From NCBI GenBank assembly GCA_035285125.1, contig JAYKHR010000027.1:1-30461 (forward strand): a DNA stretch of 30,461 nt, in the 5' to 3' direction. The translations under genes and the position numbers were made by a program. This stretch comes from Candidatus Sericytochromatia bacterium. GTDB taxonomy: Bacteria; Cyanobacteriota; Sericytochromatia; S15B-MN24; JAQBPE01. Shown here in pieces: positions 8,786 through 17,729 of the stretch (position 1 is its first letter; the number at the start of each line of letters is the position of its first letter). The notes below the pieces were generated by a model. It saw only the letters and a list, made by a program, of their open reading frames with translations, did not search any database and had not been told where the DNA came from.

Positions 8786-10038
8786 ACATCGGCTACATGT
8801 GCCAGTACTTCGCCCCGGAGGTGAGCGCGCCGTCGGCACGTGGGCTCGAGATGGCCCGCGTCTGGCGCGACGCGGGCCATGCCGTCAAGGTGCTCACGGC
8901 CTTCCCCAACCACCCCCGGGGCGTGGTGCCCGAGGGGTACAGGGGGCGGCGCTGGATGGTCGAGCCGATGGAGGGCCTCACGGTCTTCCGCAGCTGGGTC
9001 TACGTCACGCCCAACGAGGGCTTCGTGAAGCGGGTCCTCAACCACCTGAGCTTCACGGCCTCGGCCGTGGTGCAGACGCTGCCGCGCCTCGGTCCCCTCG
9101 ACGTGCTGGTCGTGAGCTCCCCGAGCTTCTTCCCCGTGGTCGCCGCCTGGCTCATCAGCCGGGCCAGGCGCGCGCCCTTCGTCTTCGAGGTGCGGGACCT
9201 GTGGCCGGGCATCTTCGTGATGCTGGGCGTGCTCAAGGACGGCCCGATCCTGCGGGGGCTCGAGGCCCTCGAGCTGTTCCTCTACCGCCGCGCGGCCCAC
9301 GTCGTGACCGTCACGCACGCCTTCAAGCGCATCCTGGTCGAGCGCGGCGTGCCCGAGGCCAAGGTCACGGTGGTCACCAACGGCGTGGACCTCTCGCTGT
9401 TCCGGCCTGCGCCCGTCAACGAGGCGCTGCGCCTGGAGTGGGGCGTCGCGGGGAAGTTCGTGGCGCTCTACCTCGGCACGCACGGCATCTCGCAGGCCCT
9501 CGAGACCCACCTCGCGGCTGCCGAGGCGCTGCGTGACGAGCCCGACTTCGCCTTCGTCTTCATCGGCGACGGGGCCCGCAAGCGGGACCTCATGGCGCTG
9601 GCCGAGGCCCGGGGCCTGACCAACGTGCGCTTCCTCGACCCTGTCCCCAAGGCCGAGGTGCCCGCCTGCTACGCCGCCGCCGATGTCTGCTTCGTGCCCC
9701 TGCGCGACATCCCGCTCTTCGACAGCTTCATCCCGTCGAAGATCTTCGAGATCCTGGGCTGCGCCCGGCCGATCATCGGGTCGGTGGAGGGGGAGCCGGC
9801 GGAGATCCTGGCGGCCTCCGGGGCGGCGCGGGTGGTGAAGCCCGAGGACGTGGCCGCGCTCGTGGCGGCGCTGCGGGCCGAGCGCGAGGCCTTGGACCGG
9901 GCCGAGCGGGGGGCGGCCGGGCGGGCCTTCGTGGAGGCGCATTATGATCGGGAGGTGTTGGCCCACCGTTACCTGGCCCTGCTCAGGACGCTGGCCGAAA
10001 CCGCTGGCGGGACCGTTGGTAAGGAGGTCACGCCATGA
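8782..10038 (+). CDS. Glycosyltransferase family 4 (WbuB-like)
   Basis: GTG start overlaps the upstream stop (GTGA). Motifs QYFAPE, FPNHPRG, VSSP, FEVRDLWP, NGVD and IPSKIFE. Confidence 0.88.
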   Translation: MNIGYMCQYFAPEVSAPSARGLEMARVWRDAGHAVKVLTAFPNHPRGVVPEGYRGRRWMVEPMEGLTVFRSWVYVTPNEGFVKRVLNHLSFTASAVVQTLPRLGPLDVLVVSSPSFFPVVAAWLISRARRAPFVFEVRDLWPGIFVMLGVLKDGPILRGLEALELFLYRRAAHVVTVTHAFKRILVERGVPEAKVTVVTNGVDLSLFRPAPVNEALRLEWGVAGKFVALYLGTHGISQALETHLAAAEALRDEPDFAFVFIGDGARKRDLMALAEARGLTNVRFLDPVPKAEVPACYAAADVCFVPLRDIPLFDSFIPSKIFEILGCARPIIGSVEGEPAEILAASGAARVVKPEDVAALVAALRAEREALDRAERGAAGRAFVEAHYDREVLAHRYLALLRTLAETAGGTVGKEVTP

Positions 10039-10751
10039 TGGAGCTCGGGTCGTCTGCCGAGGGTCCAGAGCTTCCGCCCGGGGCTCGCTTTCACGAGGCG
10101 CTGGCGCCGGCCTGGCAGGCTGGCCACCTCCGGGGGGGCTTCCGGCGTCGCCTGGCCGTGATGACCGATCTCCTGAGCGCGCACGCGACCCCGGGAGAGC
10201 GCTGGCTCGACGTCGGCTGCGGTGCGGGGGTGCTGGCCGGGGTGCTCGCCCGGCGCGGCGTCAGCGGCCAGGGCCTTGACGCGTCGCCTGCCATGGTCGC
10301 CGCGGCCCGCGCCGCTGGCGTCCCCGGGTTCGACTTCTCCGTCGTGCCGACCGTCGAGCGGCTCGAACTGCCCGACGGCTGCTTCGACGGCGTGCTGTGC
10401 TCCAGCGTCATCGAGTACCTGGAGGCCCCGGATACCGCGCTGGACGAGCTCTCTCGGGTGTTGCGGCCAGGGGGCTTGCTGGTCGTGTCGCTCGCGAACC
10501 GGGCCTCAGTCGTGCGGGCGGCGCAGGGCCTGGTCCGCAGGCTGGCTGGGCTGGTCGGGCGCGATTGCTTCAGGTACCTGGACGTGTCGCGGGTGGTGTA
10601 CACGGCGGCTGAGGCCCAGGCCGCTCTGGAGGCGCGCGGGCTTCGCGTGGAGACCTGCCTGCCCTTCGACCCCTGGCTGCCGGTGCCGCTCAGGCCGTCC
10701 TTGCATGTTCTGGTGGCCCGCAAGGCCACCGCGAAGGCTGCAACGCGATGA
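10035..10751 (+). CDS. Class I SAM-dependent methyltransferase
   Basis: WLDVGCGAG, FDGVLCSSVIEY and RVLRPGG; ATGA overlaps with both neighbours; AAGGAGG RBS. Confidence 0.85.
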   Translation: MMELGSSAEGPELPPGARFHEALAPAWQAGHLRGGFRRRLAVMTDLLSAHATPGERWLDVGCGAGVLAGVLARRGVSGQGLDASPAMVAAARAAGVPGFDFSVVPTVERLELPDGCFDGVLCSSVIEYLEAPDTALDELSRVLRPGGLLVVSLANRASVVRAAQGLVRRLAGLVGRDCFRYLDVSRVVYTAAEAQAALEARGLRVETCLPFDPWLPVPLRPSLHVLVARKATAKAATR

Positions 10752-12913
10752 AGCAGGTGGTTCAGGGCCTCAACCAGAAGGCGCCCGAGTTGGTGGAGGT
10801 GCCAGTGCCACGGGTGCGCCCCGGACACGTCCTTGTTGCCAGCCGTGCCAGCGTCATCTCAGCCGGCACGGAGCGGATGCTGGTCAGCTTCGGGCGAGCC
10901 GGGTGGCTCGAGAAGGTGCGATCGCAGCCCGAGAAGGTGCGCCAGGTGCTCACGAAGATGCGCACGGACGGCTTCGCACCGACGCTGCGGGCCGTCAACG
11001 CCAAGCTGGCGCAGGCCCTGCCGCTCGGGTACAGCAGCGCCGGCGTGGTGCTGGAGGTCGGAGAAGGTGTCACGCACCTGCGGGTGGGCGACCGCGTGGT
11101 CTCCAACGGGCCTCATGCCGAGGTGGTGTGTGTGCCGGCGCGGCTCTGCGCCCGGGTGCCTGTCGATGCGGCCGACTTGCCCGATGAGGAGGCTGCCTTC
11201 ACCGTCATCGCGGCGATCGGGTTGCAGGGGCTACGGCTCGCTGCGCCCACGCTCGGTGAGACCTTCGCCGTGTTCGGGCTGGGGCTGATCGGACTGCTCA
11301 CGGTGCAGCTGCTTCGGGCCCACGGCTGCGAGGTGATCGGGCTCGACTTCGATGCGGACCGCCTGGCCCTCGCGGCCTCGTGGGGGGCCACGACGGTCGA
11401 CCTGTCGGTAGTTGCGGACCCCGTGGGGGCGGTGGCTGTGGCGACGGCTGGGCGGGGCGTCGACGGCGCCTTGCTCACGGCGAGCACCGCCTCCTCGGAG
11501 CCCGTGCACCAGGCTGCTCAGATGTGTCGCAAGCGCGGGCGCATCGTGCTCGTCGGCGTCACGGGCCTGGCCCTGCAGCGTGCGGACTTCTACGAGAAGG
11601 AGCTGACCTTCCAGGTGTCATGCTCCTACGGCCCGGGCCGCTACGATCCCGCTTACGAGCAGCAGGGCCACGACTACCCCGTCGGGCATGTGCGCTGGAC
11701 GGAGCAGCGGAACTTCGAGGCCGTGCTGGGCCTCCTCGCCGACAGGCGCCTGGATGTCCGGCCGCTGATCAGCGAGCGGGTGCCCTTCGGCCGGGCTGGA
11801 GACGCATATGCCCGCCTGCTCGAGGCCCGGCAGGCCATCGGGCTGGTGCTCACCTACGAGGCCCGCCAGTCGGGCTCCGTGACGCGCCAGGAACGGGTCA
11901 TTCCGGCCGCGGGGGGGCCTGGGCGCGCCCGTCTTTCGGACGCGCCGCGCGTCGGCTTTCTCGGGGCTGGCCAGTTCGCCTCGCAGACCCTCATTCCAGC
12001 CTTCCGAGCTGCTGGTGCTTGCCTGGAGATGGTTGCCAGCGCCACGGGCCTGTCCGGGGCCCTGGCGGGGAGGCAACATGGCTTCGCCCGCGTGGCGAGC
12101 GACGAGCGCCTTGTGCTCGAGGATCCCTCGATCGACGTCGTGGTGGTGGCGACCAGGCACGACAGCCACGCCCGCCTGGTGGCGGCTGCGCTGCGGGCCG
12201 GCAAGGCCGTGTTCGTTGAGAAGCCTCTCTCCATCGATGCTGCGGGGCTGTCAGAGGTCGAGGCCGCCTTGGCCGAGGTCCAGACGCAGCCTCTGCTCGG
12301 CATCGGCTTCAACCGGCGCTTCGCGCCCCACGTGGCGAAGGCCGCCGGGTTGCTGAGAGGCCTGCCTGGCCCGCGCACCATGGTGATGACGGTCAACGCA
12401 GGCGAGTTGCCGCCGGACCACTGGCTGGTGGACCCCGCGGTGGGGGGGGGGCGCCTGGTGGGGGAGGGCTGCCACTTCGTAGATCTGCTGCGGTTCCTGG
12501 CCGACAGCCCCCTGGAGGCCGTGGCGGCCTACCCGCTGGCGGATGGGGGGCGGGGGGGGAGCTTCACGCTGCAACTAGCCTTCCAGAACGGCTCCACCGG
12601 CACGGTGCACTACCTCGCCCATGGCCACCGGGGCTTCCCCAAGGAGCGCTTGGAGGTCTTCGTCGGGGGGCGCATCCTGCAACTCGACAACTTCCGGGTC
12701 CTGCGCGGCTGGGGCTTTCCCGGGTTCTCTCGGCTGGGGGGCTGGGGCCAGGACAAGGGCCACCAGGCCGGGGTGGCTGCGTTCCTGCGTGCCTGGCGCG
12801 GCGATGGGGCTGCGCCCATTCCCGTGGCTGAGGTGCTGGAGGTGGCGAGGGCTTGCCTGGCGGCCCGGGATGGGCTCGGGGCCCCGGGTGACGCAACCAG
12901 GGGGATGGGGTAA
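10748..12913 (+). CDS. Bi-domain oxidoreductase (MDR/zinc-type dehydrogenase fused to Gfo/Idh/MocA)
   Basis: 721 aa; ISAGTE, PLGYS, GLGLIG and SCSYGPGRYD, then a second Rossmann GAGQF, ATRHDSH, VFVEKP, GFNRRF and GEGCHFVD. Confidence 0.9.
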   Translation: MKQVVQGLNQKAPELVEVPVPRVRPGHVLVASRASVISAGTERMLVSFGRAGWLEKVRSQPEKVRQVLTKMRTDGFAPTLRAVNAKLAQALPLGYSSAGVVLEVGEGVTHLRVGDRVVSNGPHAEVVCVPARLCARVPVDAADLPDEEAAFTVIAAIGLQGLRLAAPTLGETFAVFGLGLIGLLTVQLLRAHGCEVIGLDFDADRLALAASWGATTVDLSVVADPVGAVAVATAGRGVDGALLTASTASSEPVHQAAQMCRKRGRIVLVGVTGLALQRADFYEKELTFQVSCSYGPGRYDPAYEQQGHDYPVGHVRWTEQRNFEAVLGLLADRRLDVRPLISERVPFGRAGDAYARLLEARQAIGLVLTYEARQSGSVTRQERVIPAAGGPGRARLSDAPRVGFLGAGQFASQTLIPAFRAAGACLEMVASATGLSGALAGRQHGFARVASDERLVLEDPSIDVVVVATRHDSHARLVAAALRAGKAVFVEKPLSIDAAGLSEVEAALAEVQTQPLLGIGFNRRFAPHVAKAAGLLRGLPGPRTMVMTVNAGELPPDHWLVDPAVGGGRLVGEGCHFVDLLRFLADSPLEAVAAYPLADGGRGGSFTLQLAFQNGSTGTVHYLAHGHRGFPKERLEVFVGGRILQLDNFRVLRGWGFPGFSRLGGWGQDKGHQAGVAAFLRAWRGDGAAPIPVAEVLEVARACLAARDGLGAPGDATRGMG

Positions 12914-12979
12914 GCGCCGCGCGGTGAGCGTGGTGCCCGGGCCCATGTCTTCAGGCAGGCACGCCGCCCGTGACCAACG

Positions 12980-13789
12980 TCAGCATCGGCGTCGCAGCAC
13001 GAGCTCGTGGCATCCCAGGCTGGACTCCGCTTTCCCCTGGATGAACTCGAAGCCCCTCGCCTCCGTGTAGGCCTGCAAGACCTCAAAGCGGGCGAACTCG
13101 TAGGGAAAGCCGCCGATCCAGTCCACGAGATCGTGCCAAAGGCGCATGCCACGGCCTCGCCGCTCCAGGTCCAGCGAGGCGACGGCCTGCCTGACGTTAC
13201 CTTGCAACAGGTGGCGAGCCGCATTCAAGCCGTATGCCGTGAAGCCGAGGCACGCTGCGTACGGCGTCGCGAGGGGGGACGGCAGCTTGTTGTACACGTA
13301 CTTGATCATCCACCACACGTGGGAGCGCAGGCCCTGGTCGTTGTAAATCGCAATGAACAGCTTGCCGTCAGGCTTGACCCGCCGCATCGCGTGCTCCAGG
13401 GCAAGCCACATGGCGCCCGTGTGGTGGAGCACGCCCCAGGCATACACCACGTCGAAGGTACCGAGGCCGTCCATGAACGGGCCGTCGAGGACGTCTCCCC
13501 GACTCACTTCCCAGCTCGGGTGCTCGGCGGCGTGCTGGCTGCGCAGGGCCTCGGTGCACGCAACAGAGTCGACGTCGTAGTCGAACGACCGGACTGTTGC
13601 GCCCAGCCGCGCGGCAGCCAGGCTGAACAGCCCGCTGCCCGACCCGATGTCGAGGAACCGCAGGCCCTCCAACGTCTCGACCTCCAGCTTCGAGCGCAGC
13701 GAGGCTTCCGCCTCGGCGACCCGCGGGGGAGCGAGGTGCGTGCTGAAGGCTCGCCAGTTGCGGCCGAAGGAGAATCGCGCGTCACTCAT
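12980..13789 (-). CDS. Class I SAM-dependent methyltransferase
   Basis: Start re-called at ATG 13789 (ATGA overlap). MSDARFSFGRNW, FLDIGSGSG, YAWGVLHHTG and DWIGGFPYE. Confidence 0.85.
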   Translation of the reverse strand: MSDARFSFGRNWRAFSTHLAPPRVAEAEASLRSKLEVETLEGLRFLDIGSGSGLFSLAAARLGATVRSFDYDVDSVACTEALRSQHAAEHPSWEVSRGDVLDGPFMDGLGTFDVVYAWGVLHHTGAMWLALEHAMRRVKPDGKLFIAIYNDQGLRSHVWWMIKYVYNKLPSPLATPYAACLGFTAYGLNAARHLLQGNVRQAVASLDLERRGRGMRLWHDLVDWIGGFPYEFARFEVLQAYTEARGFEFIQGKAESSLGCHELVLRRRC

Positions 13790-15114
13790 GAGGTCCTTGC
13801 TCCCGGCCGGGTGGCCTGTGGGGGGTGTAAGGCTTCGAGCCAATGACGGGCAAGGCCGATGCCGTTGTGCCGCTCGAACCAGGCCCCCGAGTCCCGCCCG
13901 ATCCGCGCCATCGCCCCGGGGTCGTCCGCGGCTGCGAGCAAGCCTGCGAGAACGTCCTCCTCGCGCTGCACGGCCAGCAGCGGGGGTGGCGGGTGACCGA
14001 GGGCCCGCTCGAAAGCCCCCTCCCCGAACGGGAAGCCGTGCATCAGGGGGCGGCCCGCTGCGAGAACCTCCCAGCCTGTGCCCCCCCACAGCGTGCCGGG
14101 GGGGAGCAGGAACTCCCCCACCCCGAGGTCGCAGGCCTCGAGCAGCACCATGATTTCCCGGCGGGGCCGCTTGGGCATCCAGAGCACCCGATCCGCGATG
14201 CCGAGGTCCTGACACAGCGCGCGGCTGGCTTCCACGTCCTTGCCATACTCCAGCAACACAAGCAGCGGCTCGCGTGTCGGCCGCAGCTGCACCAGCTGGG
14301 CGAAGGCGCGGATCAACCAGTCGTTGTGTTTGTTCTCCTGGTGCCAGTCCTTCGCGGCATGGGTGGCTGGCTGGCGCCAGTGGTGGCGGGCGTGGGCCAC
14401 AATCCGGAAACCAGCCTGCCCCATCTTGTCCAGCGCGTGGTGCAGCGGCTCGCTGGCTCGGCTGAGGTTCACGGCCTCGCGGTTGTAGACCATGGGCAGC
14501 GCCAGGGCCCTGAACGGGATGCCCAGGCTCTCGAAGGTCGTGGCCGTCAGGCCCATGTCGGCGTTGAAGCACACCCGCGTTCGCCGCAGCCCTGCAATCT
14601 GGGCGTGTGCCGTGCTGCGGTAGATGCTGCGGCGCAGCCAGCCCCCCCGGGTCAGCCTGGGGTGATCCTCGGGAGAGGCCACGAATTCGATCCCGCAGGC
14701 ATAGGGAAAGAAGCCATCGAGGGCGCGACCGCCACGGGCTGCGAGGGCGGGGGCAACGCCAGTGCCCAGCAAGACCTCATAGGGAGCCAGGGCCCGTCGC
14801 ACCGGGTTTGCCAGCGCCAGGCGCGGCCAGCGCTGGGCGCCCGGCACGCCCCCGCGCAGGAGGGTCTTGAGGTACTGGGCCACGGCCCAGGGCAGCGCAG
14901 CCCCGCCCAGGGGGCCATTCTGGAGGCCCGTCTGGTGAATGTATGGCTGCCAGCGTGCCAGGTGCCAGGTGTCGTCTTCGGGACGGAAGTGGGCCAGGTT
15001 GCCGACCCCGTCGTTGTCATAGAGCATCAGGTGGGCGTCCGCCCCCAGGTCGCGGAAGTAGCGCATCAGGGCGAAGAAGTTGTTGTTCATGTTTCCGAGG
15101 AGCCCGATCCTCAC
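13786..15114 (-). CDS. Putative glycosyltransferase (divergent GT-B)
   Basis: Start re-called at GTG 15114, overlapping the flippase stop. RIGLLGNMNNNFF N-terminus, KHNDWLIRAF and CDLGVGEF...GWEVLAAGRP donor-binding-like segment. Confidence 0.7.
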   Translation of the reverse strand: MRIGLLGNMNNNFFALMRYFRDLGADAHLMLYDNDGVGNLAHFRPEDDTWHLARWQPYIHQTGLQNGPLGGAALPWAVAQYLKTLLRGGVPGAQRWPRLALANPVRRALAPYEVLLGTGVAPALAARGGRALDGFFPYACGIEFVASPEDHPRLTRGGWLRRSIYRSTAHAQIAGLRRTRVCFNADMGLTATTFESLGIPFRALALPMVYNREAVNLSRASEPLHHALDKMGQAGFRIVAHARHHWRQPATHAAKDWHQENKHNDWLIRAFAQLVQLRPTREPLLVLLEYGKDVEASRALCQDLGIADRVLWMPKRPRREIMVLLEACDLGVGEFLLPPGTLWGGTGWEVLAAGRPLMHGFPFGEGAFERALGHPPPPLLAVQREEDVLAGLLAAADDPGAMARIGRDSGAWFERHNGIGLARHWLEALHPPQATRPGARTS

Positions 15115-16565
15115 ACCACACCTCCCCGTGCTGTTGCACGCACCCCCCAGGCGCTGATGGCGGCGACTCCGGCCAGGCCCAGGGTCGCCACCAGGGCCTT
15201 CATCGGGTTGCCCCCAACGGCTCCGGCCCACGGCATCGAAAATCCGGCGCCTGCGGTCCACGCCAGCATGCCGACAGCGGGGCCATAACGCCAGCGCAGC
15301 GGGTGGACGCGCTGGGCGAGCCACGTCGCCAACCCGGCACGCACCAGTTGCCCACCCAGCACGCCGAGCCCGAGCCCCATCAGCCCCAAGGGCGGCGTCA
15401 GCACCCACATGCCCGTGAAAGAGGCTGCCAGGCAGGCCACGTGGGCCACCAGGCCCAGGTGACTGCGCCTGGAAAACGTGATGCCGACCTCCGTGATCCA
15501 GGCCGTCGCCTGGATCGTCAGGCCGAGAACGAGTGGGAAGACCACCGGTGCCGCCGCCGCATAGCGGGCCGAGGCGAGGCCGACCACCAGCGGTTCGGCC
15601 AGCGCGGCAAGCCCGAGTGCCACCAGGCAGGCCATCGCGGTGAAGCCCACCAGGACCTTGTTGTAGGTTTCGATGGCGTCGTGTTGCTGCCGCAAGGCGA
15701 GCGAGAAGGGTCCCCAGGCGGTCTGGAAGGCACCGATGCCCACGGCGACCACCATCGCGACCTTCGACCCGGCGGCGTAGAGCCCGAGCGCCTCTGCGCC
15801 CAACATCCCGTCCAGGAGGCCTCGTTCCAGCAGCGGCGAGAGGGCGCCAAGCAGCGCCATCATCCCCATGGGCAGCGCGAAGGGCAACATCGTGCGCACG
15901 AAGCGGGTGTCGTGCGGCCAGCTCAGCCAGCGGCGGATGAACCAGAGACCGAGCAGGCCAAAGGTCGCACTGGTGACCAGCGTGATGACGAGCACGGTCT
16001 GCACGCTCGCGCAGCCGCTCACCACGGCACCGCCGACCAGCAGCGCTTGCGAGATGGCGGCGCCCAGCGTCAGCGCAAGGAACCGACCTCGCTCGAAGGT
16101 CCACTTCAGCAGGTTTTGGCTCACGTTCTGCAGCAGCACGAAGGGCAACTGGGCCAGCGTGAACGGCCACAGCGAGCTGGCGGTCGGTGCGTCGGGCAGC
16201 AGGGCGGCCAGGCCATCCGTCGTGCCCCACAGCAAAAGCAGCACCGGGGCCAGCCAGGCCATTTGGGTGGCCAGCGATTGGGAGATCAGCTGGCGCCGCT
16301 CCTCAGCGTCTTCGTGGTCGTAGTAGTAGCGCGCGACAGCGGAGTCCTGACCCCACACCACGACGATCGCAATCACGTTCAACGCCGTCAGCAGGAGGTC
16401 GAGCAGCCCGAAGTCCACCGTGGAGAGGTGGCGGGCCAGCAGCGGGAACGTGATCAGGGTGCAGGCCTTGCTCAGGGCGGAAGCCCCCCCGTAGACCATC
16501 GAGTCCCGCATCAGGAACGACAGGCGTCCCGACAAGGCGAGGCTGGTGGGATCTCTGGCCGTCAC
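15111..16565 (-). CDS. wzx: Oligosaccharide flippase (Wzx-like)
   Basis: 484 aa with many hydrophobic segments; DSMVYG, ITFPLLARHLS..DFG, DSAVARYYY, LGLYAAG.K and FQTAWGP. Confidence 0.82.
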   Translation of the reverse strand: MTARDPTSLALSGRLSFLMRDSMVYGGASALSKACTLITFPLLARHLSTVDFGLLDLLLTALNVIAIVVVWGQDSAVARYYYDHEDAEERRQLISQSLATQMAWLAPVLLLLWGTTDGLAALLPDAPTASSLWPFTLAQLPFVLLQNVSQNLLKWTFERGRFLALTLGAAISQALLVGGAVVSGCASVQTVLVITLVTSATFGLLGLWFIRRWLSWPHDTRFVRTMLPFALPMGMMALLGALSPLLERGLLDGMLGAEALGLYAAGSKVAMVVAVGIGAFQTAWGPFSLALRQQHDAIETYNKVLVGFTAMACLVALGLAALAEPLVVGLASARYAAAAPVVFPLVLGLTIQATAWITEVGITFSRRSHLGLVAHVACLAASFTGMWVLTPPLGLMGLGLGVLGGQLVRAGLATWLAQRVHPLRWRYGPAVGMLAWTAGAGFSMPWAGAVGGNPMKALVATLGLAGVAAISAWGVRATARGGVV

Positions 16566-17725
16566 CGGTCTGCCCCCGGCCTCACGAAAAACCTGCTCAT
16601 GGCGCCGTGGGCTTCGCGCAACCGGCGAGCCTTTGCCATCGAGTCTTCGACCTCGTGGGCCAGTTCGTCGGAGGCCGACTCCGGCGAGAACACCGTGGCG
16701 GCGAGGGAATGCCCTGCGCGACCCATCCGCTCGCGCAGGGCCGGGTCCGTCAGCACCCGCTGCAACGCCTCCGTCAGGGCCTCCACGTCTCGTGGGTGGA
16801 TCAGCAACGCCTCCGCGTTGTTGGTGACGAAGTCAGGGATGTTTCCCACGGCCGTCACCACCACTGGCAGGCCAGCAGCCATCGCTTCGATCACCGCGTT
16901 GGGCATGCCCTCAGCCCAGGAGGGCAGCACGAGTGCATCCGAGGTCTCCAGGATGCTGTCCACCTCGTCGTCTTTCAGCCAGCCCGCAAAGTGGACCCTG
17001 TCCTGCAGGCCATGGGACGAGACGAAATCCCGTGCTTCCGGTTCCAGTTGCCCGCGCCCCACGAGCGTGAGCTCGAAGGCACACAGGTCTTTGAGCCTGG
17101 CACACGCCGTCAGCAGCTCGAGGACCCCCTTGGTTCGCTCCAACCAACCGATGAACACCAGCCGGACGACCTCTGAGACTTCGTAGCGCCGCGTCCGCCC
17201 GGCGGCGAGCAACACGGGCCTGGCGGTCCAGTTCGGGAGCACGGGGGCGTCTGGCAGGGCGAAGCCCACCTCGCTGACGGCGAAGCGCTGCCACGTCGGG
17301 CCCTGGCACAACACCTTGTCGGCCCCTCGCAGGGCCCAGTGGTGGACGAGCCGAGTCAGGCCCTGCCTGTGCTCCACGTCGCCCCGTGGAAAGATCAGGG
17401 CAGGCACCCCCACCAGCCGGGCACACCACGCCATGATGCCCTTCTCCACGATGCTGAGGCCTGAGGCTGCGAACAGCAGCACCGCGCTCGGGCGTTGCCG
17501 GCGCAGGTGCCACAAATAGCGCTGGAACCGCCAAAAAGCCAGCCAGGCGCGCACCATCAGTCCCGGAGGGGGGTTGCTGATCTGCGTCGTGTCGATGGGC
17601 GTGATGTCGAAGCGTTCCGGAAAATTGGTCTCCAGCAGCAGCCTGCAGCACGTGACGATGCCGCCCACGACCGTCGAGTGTGAGGGCGGGAAGGCGCCTA
17701 CGATGAGAATGTGCGGCTTGCTCAT
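16562..17725 (-). CDS. Glycosyltransferase family 4
   Basis: FIGWLERTKG and LPSWAEGMPNAVIEAMAAGLPVV (EX7E motif). Confidence 0.9.
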   Translation of the reverse strand: MSKPHILIVGAFPPSHSTVVGGIVTCCRLLLETNFPERFDITPIDTTQISNPPPGLMVRAWLAFWRFQRYLWHLRRQRPSAVLLFAASGLSIVEKGIMAWCARLVGVPALIFPRGDVEHRQGLTRLVHHWALRGADKVLCQGPTWQRFAVSEVGFALPDAPVLPNWTARPVLLAAGRTRRYEVSEVVRLVFIGWLERTKGVLELLTACARLKDLCAFELTLVGRGQLEPEARDFVSSHGLQDRVHFAGWLKDDEVDSILETSDALVLPSWAEGMPNAVIEAMAAGLPVVVTAVGNIPDFVTNNAEALLIHPRDVEALTEALQRVLTDPALRERMGRAGHSLAATVFSPESASDELAHEVEDSMAKARRLREAHGAMSRFFVRPGADR

Positions 17726-17729
17726 GGCT

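Noticed and set aside
12914..12979. Bidirectional terminator between the convergent operons
   Set aside because: Only weak short dyads and no U-tracts.
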